From Parcubacteria group bacterium (lineage in GTDB: Bacteria; Patescibacteriota; Minisyncoccia; Phycocordibacterales; Phycocordibacteraceae): 64,000 nucleotides of DNA. Both the position numbers and the translations under genes were made by a program. Below, one piece after another: positions 59,090 through 64,000 of this stretch (the stretch's first letter is position 1; the number at the start of each line of letters is the position of its first letter). A model generated the notes under the pieces. That model made no database searches, was not told the origin of the DNA, and was given only the letters and a program-made list of their open reading frames with translations. The stretch lies in NCBI GenBank assembly GCA_028286615.1, contig JAQBRG010000005.1, positions 913-64,912 on the forward strand. Direction: 5' to 3'.

Positions 59090-60435
59090 TACAAATACGA
59101 CATCGGATTCAAGTACGCATCTATAGGAGCAACTGGCATCGAAGCACTGGCACACGGGGTTGTTGCGCCACGATACTGCCCGAGAGTTGTAATCTGGACA
59201 CCGGCTGCAGCGTATACGCCGAAGTGCACGTGAGGTCCTGTTGCGTATCCGGTCATACCGGAGTATCCAAGAACTTGCCCTGTGCTAACCGCCTGTCCTG
59301 TGGTTACACCAATAGAAGACATGTGCGCGTAGAGCGTTGCTAGTCCGTTCGCGTGCTTAACCATCACCCACTTTCCGAACGAGTAACATCCAGGAACCGC
59401 ATCAGTGTTTCCTGTAGCAAGTACCGTACCTGAAAGCGCAGCAAGAAGCGGTGTGCCGACAGGCATACCAATATCAATAGCGTTATGTCCTGAACCGTTG
59501 TATATCTGCGCGTTAGCCGTAGCGAATGCCGTGTTGCCGAAATATTGCGTGATGCAGTACGGGTTTCCAAGCGCAGATGCTTTTCCAACACAAGACTGAG
59601 CAAACGTTTCAGAATAGGGCCATTTCAATATGCCTTGTCCTACGGCCGTAACATTTCCTTGTCCCACAGACTTCAGGCTGCTTTGAAGAGCAGAAAGCTC
59701 AGACTCAAAGGATTTCTGCTGCGCTTTCTTCTGAGCGATAATCGACTGATAGTTCGACTCCTGGCTCTTGGTCTGAGCAAGAAGACGATCCTTCTCAGTC
59801 TTGGCTACATCAAGTGCTTTCTTTTGAGACGCGAGCTGATCTCTAAGTTTTGAGAGTCCGTCTTTGGTTGCGCTTACATCTTCGTGCTGGTGCGTAAGAT
59901 CTACCTTTGCGGTTGAAAGACTTGCAGCTTTCGCGCGGAGTGCCTGGCCAACAGCAGCCGTTGCGTCAACAGAAGACCACGCGTCTGCAAGACTATCTGC
60001 AGAGAAGAGCTGTTCAACTAGTGACGTGTCGCTTGCATCTGCCATTTCCCGTAGAGAGCTCGCAAGAGTCTTCTTGTCTAGATCGATAAGGCTTTGCTTG
60101 TCTGCAATATCAAGAGCAAGCTCGTTCAACTTCAAGTTGCTCGAGGTTATCTTGTTCTGCGTTACGTTGATCTGCGTACTGGTCTGCTGGCGCGAGACAT
60201 CAATAGATTTAATCGCGCTTTGGAGCGTCTGCTTCTGGCCGCCAATAACATTCAGTTGTTGCTGGTACTGCGCAATCTCTGCCTCAAGATTTTTAATCTT
60301 CTGGTTCTGTACGTCTATCTGCGCCTGTATATCTGTCTTCTCGTCTGCAAACAAAGACTTAGGTGCAATGCTCTCTAGGGTTCCGAAGAACGCGAGGAGT
60401 ATTAAAAGGAATGTAAGTGAGCGTAAGAACTGCAT
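59089..60435 (-). CDS. Coiled-coil M23 peptidoglycan endopeptidase
   Basis: Long coiled coil; HNAID, YAH, TGPHVH. Confidence 0.88.
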   Translation of the reverse strand: MQFLRSLTFLLILLAFFGTLESIAPKSLFADEKTDIQAQIDVQNQKIKNLEAEIAQYQQQLNVIGGQKQTLQSAIKSIDVSRQQTSTQINVTQNKITSSNLKLNELALDIADKQSLIDLDKKTLASSLREMADASDTSLVEQLFSADSLADAWSSVDATAAVGQALRAKAASLSTAKVDLTHQHEDVSATKDGLSKLRDQLASQKKALDVAKTEKDRLLAQTKSQESNYQSIIAQKKAQQKSFESELSALQSSLKSVGQGNVTAVGQGILKWPYSETFAQSCVGKASALGNPYCITQYFGNTAFATANAQIYNGSGHNAIDIGMPVGTPLLAALSGTVLATGNTDAVPGCYSFGKWVMVKHANGLATLYAHMSSIGVTTGQAVSTGQVLGYSGMTGYATGPHVHFGVYAAAGVQITTLGQYRGATTPCASASMPVAPIDAYLNPMSYL

Positions 60436-60438
60436 CGG

Positions 60439-61872
60439 CTACAGTATACCAAGGGCAGTGCGTACTCGGGAAGCGGATTCCGCAGGACCTAGAAGAGAGA
60501 CAAGCGTAAAAGGGTCTGGAGAGCGTTCCTGTCCGGAAAGTGCGTAGCGTAGAGGCCATAATACCGCCCCGCGACCTCCCTTTCCTTTTGCCTCCTCAGC
60601 GTCAGCTACCGGCATAATGCGCTCTTTAACCTCTTCAACAGAAACGCCTTCCTGGAGGGCTTCCAGGGCCCCCAGAACGGCTTCTAGAGAGGGTTTTGTG
60701 ATACCTGGACGATCATCTGGCTCCTTGGCTACAAGCATCTCCTTGTTAAGAGTTGGTGCTGCGAAAAGGCCAGAAAGTTCGCCCAGAAGCATCTCCTTTG
60801 CTTCCTTAAATGTTTGAGACCGTTCTTTTATAAGAGGCACCGCTTTAAGAAGCATCGCAGGATCGTACCCTTCAAAATTTCCCTGTGCGAGATACTCCTC
60901 GTCTGTAAGCGCACGCATCCAGTGCTGGTTTATGTGGCGAAGTTTGTCCTCGTCTAGCTTCGCACCTCCCTTTTGTACATGAGAAAAATCAAACGCACTT
61001 GTTAATTCTTCTAGAGAAAGAAGTTCCTGATCTCCTTCCGGGTGCCATCCAAGAAGCGCGAGGAAGTTAACCATGGCGTGCGGGAGATATCCTTCTGCCT
61101 TGTATTCAAGGATATCTTTTGCGCCGTCTCGCTTGCTTAGCTTCTTCTTGCCATCGGGGCCGAGGATAACGGGCATGGTTGCTATCTCAGGACGCGTTAT
61201 ACCAAGAGCTTCATATAGAGATAGGAACTTTGGTGTTGAAGATATAAATTCTTCGCCACGCATGATGTGCGTAATACCCATTTCGAGGTCGTCGATGATG
61301 TGCGCGAAGTTGTACGTTGGATACCCGTCAGCCTTGATAAGAATGAAGTCGTCGAGCGCTTCTTCTCCTGCAGATAATTCTCCACGAACCAGATCGTTCC
61401 AGGTATAGCGTTTAACTTCGGGAACTTTAAATCGGAGGGGCTGGGTTCCGTCCCATGCACCAAACTCAGTTGGTCTATGATCTCGGAAAAGGAACGGTCT
61501 CTTTTCTTCCTCTGCTTTTGTGCGAAAAGCTTCAAGTTCTTCTTGAGTATAGGGATCTGGATACGCATGCCCGGCACCTATCAACTGCTGTGCATATTTC
61601 TTGTACGAATCCAATCGCTCAGACTGAAGGTATGGCGCATGAGGTCCTCCGATATCAACTCCCTCATCCCATTCAATACCCAACCATTTCAGACACTCAA
61701 TGATATGTATTGTCGAGCCTTCAACTTCTCGCTCTTTGTCCGTGTCTTCAATACGCAGAATAAATTGTCCCCCATGTTTTCGAGCAAACAACCATGCAAA
61801 GAGCGCAGTACGCACACCACCTACGTGCATAAAACCAGTTGGACTTGGAGCGAATCGGGTACGTACATTCAT
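60439..61872 (-). CDS. gltX: Glutamate--tRNA ligase
   Basis: RFAPSPTG, HVGG, KLSKR. Confidence 0.95.
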   Translation of the reverse strand: MNVRTRFAPSPTGFMHVGGVRTALFAWLFARKHGGQFILRIEDTDKEREVEGSTIHIIECLKWLGIEWDEGVDIGGPHAPYLQSERLDSYKKYAQQLIGAGHAYPDPYTQEELEAFRTKAEEEKRPFLFRDHRPTEFGAWDGTQPLRFKVPEVKRYTWNDLVRGELSAGEEALDDFILIKADGYPTYNFAHIIDDLEMGITHIMRGEEFISSTPKFLSLYEALGITRPEIATMPVILGPDGKKKLSKRDGAKDILEYKAEGYLPHAMVNFLALLGWHPEGDQELLSLEELTSAFDFSHVQKGGAKLDEDKLRHINQHWMRALTDEEYLAQGNFEGYDPAMLLKAVPLIKERSQTFKEAKEMLLGELSGLFAAPTLNKEMLVAKEPDDRPGITKPSLEAVLGALEALQEGVSVEEVKERIMPVADAEEAKGKGGRGAVLWPLRYALSGQERSPDPFTLVSLLGPAESASRVRTALGIL

Positions 61873-61873
61873 A

Positions 61874-63016
61874 TTAAGAAGCCTGATGAGACAATCCAAT
61901 ACGCGTTATCTCGTCCGCTATAACCTGTGCAGCGTCTGCGTTTCCAAACGAGGCGCTCTTTGCACCCATTTCGCTTCGGAGAACCGGGTCTGCCCCAATA
62001 CGCTTTGCTTCAGAGGCGAGTACATGTGGCGTTAGATTGTCTTCCTCAAGCACAACCGCGGCACCAGTGTGTGCATACGCATATGCGTTCGTGCGCTGGT
62101 CGTGACTAACGGACTCAGGAATAGGAATAAGAATGGCGGGCTTTCCCCAAAGAGAAATCTCCGTTATGGACGTTGCTCCTGCGCGCGATATAACCAGATC
62201 CGCAGCTCCCGCAGAACGGCGAATGCTTTCTGCGTTTAAGTATGGGAACGCATGATATCTGTTTGCGTGTTCGCTTCCCGTTAGGATAACTTTGCTTGTT
62301 TGTTCGGTCTCAGCAAACAACGTCTTCCCTGTCTGGTGTATAACGTTCGCGAAAGCAACAAGGTCTGGAAGCGCATCGAGTACGGTTTCGTTAATGCGTT
62401 TGGAGCCTGAAGATCCGCCAAGAATGAGTATGGTTGGAATATCTGCATCAAGTCCGAGAAGTTGGTGCGCCCCTTCGCGCTCAATGTGTGCAACCTCTTT
62501 GCGTACGGGAATGCCTGTTCGAGCTATCTTGCTCCTGGTCTTTGACGGGAAATACTGTGCTGCGCTATCAAAGGCAACACCGATACGCGTTGCGTACTTT
62601 GCGGCAAACAAGTTCGCGCGTCCTGGCTTAGCATCTGACTCATGCACGATTATAGGAATACGTAGGAGATGTGCGGCAAGAACGGTAGGGACGCTTGCGT
62701 ACCCTCCCTTTGAAAAGACCACATCAGGGTACAGCTTAAGAAGCGTAAAGAATGCAGATACCGTTCCCGTTAACGTCTTGAAGATATCGGTTGCGTTCTG
62801 AATTGAGAAGTATCTACGAACTTTTCCTGCGGGAATCTTTACGAAGATAAGATTGTTCGCAAAGAGTGCCTGCTCGTCATACGGAGTGTCAGAGAAATAG
62901 TAAAGCTGGGGCGGAAGCAGTCTGCGACCTTCCGCTATGTCTTTAAGCGCTTCTGCTACCGCGATGAGGGGATAGAAATGTCCTCCGGTTCCCCCGCCCG
63001 TGAATACCACTTTCAT
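61874..63016 (-). CDS. murG: Lipid II GlcNAc transferase
   Basis: GGGTGGH, KGGY.S, LGGS.G, SRAGA, DQ..NA. Confidence 0.94.
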   Translation of the reverse strand: MKVVFTGGGTGGHFYPLIAVAEALKDIAEGRRLLPPQLYYFSDTPYDEQALFANNLIFVKIPAGKVRRYFSIQNATDIFKTLTGTVSAFFTLLKLYPDVVFSKGGYASVPTVLAAHLLRIPIIVHESDAKPGRANLFAAKYATRIGVAFDSAAQYFPSKTRSKIARTGIPVRKEVAHIEREGAHQLLGLDADIPTILILGGSSGSKRINETVLDALPDLVAFANVIHQTGKTLFAETEQTSKVILTGSEHANRYHAFPYLNAESIRRSAGAADLVISRAGATSITEISLWGKPAILIPIPESVSHDQRTNAYAYAHTGAAVVLEEDNLTPHVLASEAKRIGADPVLRSEMGAKSASFGNADAAQVIADEITRIGLSHQAS

Positions 63017-63033
63017 ATTTCCCTGATTATAGC

Positions 63034-63861
63034 CTAAACTGCTGGTTTATCCGCTTCTGGAGCCTTGGGACGGTATGCCGAGAGGTTAACAACAAGCACC
63101 AAGAGCAAGAGTATCGAGTAGCTGAATGGAGGCATGGGTAGATGGAGGATGAGTAGAATCGCTGCCACAATCTCAGCAAATGTTGCTGCGTGTATTGCTG
63201 CTTTGTACGAGTCCTTGTATCCCCAGGTACGCTTCATGAGCTTGGCGATAAGGAATACTACAAGTCCTATAACAAGCAGATAGATGAGCGCAAACAGATT
63301 TAGCACAGTAAAGAATAGAAGCGCGAGAATAGTTGTAAGAATTCCTCCTGGAATAAGATACGAAGAAAGTTTCCCTCCCCATGCACGAACAATCTCCTTC
63401 GTAAGAGTGAAGTTGCCAATATCTTTAAGCGGCATGATGCGCTGCTGTCCATCTTCCTGTTCTATAACAACCGCATCCTTCTTAACGAGTACGTAGGTTG
63501 AGTATTCTTCGAGCTGCGAAATGGTGTAGGGAGTCTGCGTATCTATAACAACTAGGTTCTTGGTTTTGGTCTGTCCTGCTGTTGCAGCAACAAAGTACGG
63601 CTCCTTTGCCGTTGTAGAAGCTATGCCATTTTCAACAGATAGCTGAAGATCGTCCGGGTATTGCCCAACCGCCTGGTCTATCGTTGCTTGGGAGAAGAAT
63701 GAGAATATTCCTGGAATAAAGACAATGGTGGTAACAAGAGCAAGCAAGAACGAGAGCCCAACGAAATACTTTATTGAAGAATTGAGGCGTCGAGCAGGAA
63801 TCTCAGCATAAAAGCTTGGGTTGTAGATGCTGCTGACAAGTGTGCGGAAGAAGTTTTTCAT
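63034..63861 (-). CDS. DUF1189-like membrane protein
   Basis: S.Y.P.FY, G......EPY, IDT, C-terminal TMs. Confidence 0.55.
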   Translation of the reverse strand: MKNFFRTLVSSIYNPSFYAEIPARRLNSSIKYFVGLSFLLALVTTIVFIPGIFSFFSQATIDQAVGQYPDDLQLSVENGIASTTAKEPYFVAATAGQTKTKNLVVIDTQTPYTISQLEEYSTYVLVKKDAVVIEQEDGQQRIMPLKDIGNFTLTKEIVRAWGGKLSSYLIPGGILTTILALLFFTVLNLFALIYLLVIGLVVFLIAKLMKRTWGYKDSYKAAIHAATFAEIVAAILLILHLPMPPFSYSILLLLVLVVNLSAYRPKAPEADKPAV

Positions 63862-63892
63862 GATGGGTTCATTATTACATGAAAACCGACCT

Positions 63893-64000
63893 CTATGCAG
63901 AGGCCGGCATCTCATCTAGCTTGTCCCTGTATTTGTTGATTGTGCCTTGGAGTTGGGAATGGAGAGGCTGTGGCGGGTTGTCGAGCGTATACCAGCCTAT
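63893..64000 (-). CDS. 3' end of probable NUDIX hydrolase (partial)
   Basis: IGWYTLDNPPQPLHSQ...; stop at 63895-63893. Confidence 0.4.
   Translation of the reverse strand: MGWYTLDNPPQPLHSQLQGTINKYRDKLDEMPASA

Overview
Bacterial chromosome segment (code 11) whose gene content fits a Patescibacteria/CPR (Parcubacteria-like) genome; this is an inference from two mreB copies, a compact mraZ-rsmH-ftsL-ftsI-murF cluster, short proS, many NUDIX genes, a pilin and mostly leaderless-looking genes. Core genes (frr, proS, mreBCD-pbp2, greA, dcw, truB, rplU, recR, dnaB, cysS, rplI, rpmA, lexA, gltX, murG, tRNA-Glu) are interleaved with solo ORFans. Two loci stand out. (1) 41135-42774: a retron-type reverse transcriptase (NAxxH, YLDD, ITG) fused to a DnaG zinc-binding-like domain. 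It is preceded by a ~325-nt structured non-coding region with its own promoter and terminator, 11-bp a1/a2-like arms and an AGC branch-point motif. (2) 53150-59089: ten direct copies of a 28-bp repeat (GCTGGCAGTCTGGGACGATGTTGGAACC) with exactly one gene between each adjacent pair, ending at a tRNA-3'-like copy. This resembles a gene-cassette array, but no integrase or cas gene lies in the window. Also notable are a CtrA-like regulator lacking its phospho-Asp, two stand-alone RNAP alpha-CTD-like proteins and a TorF-like porin. All family calls come from motifs recognised by eye; no database searches were run.
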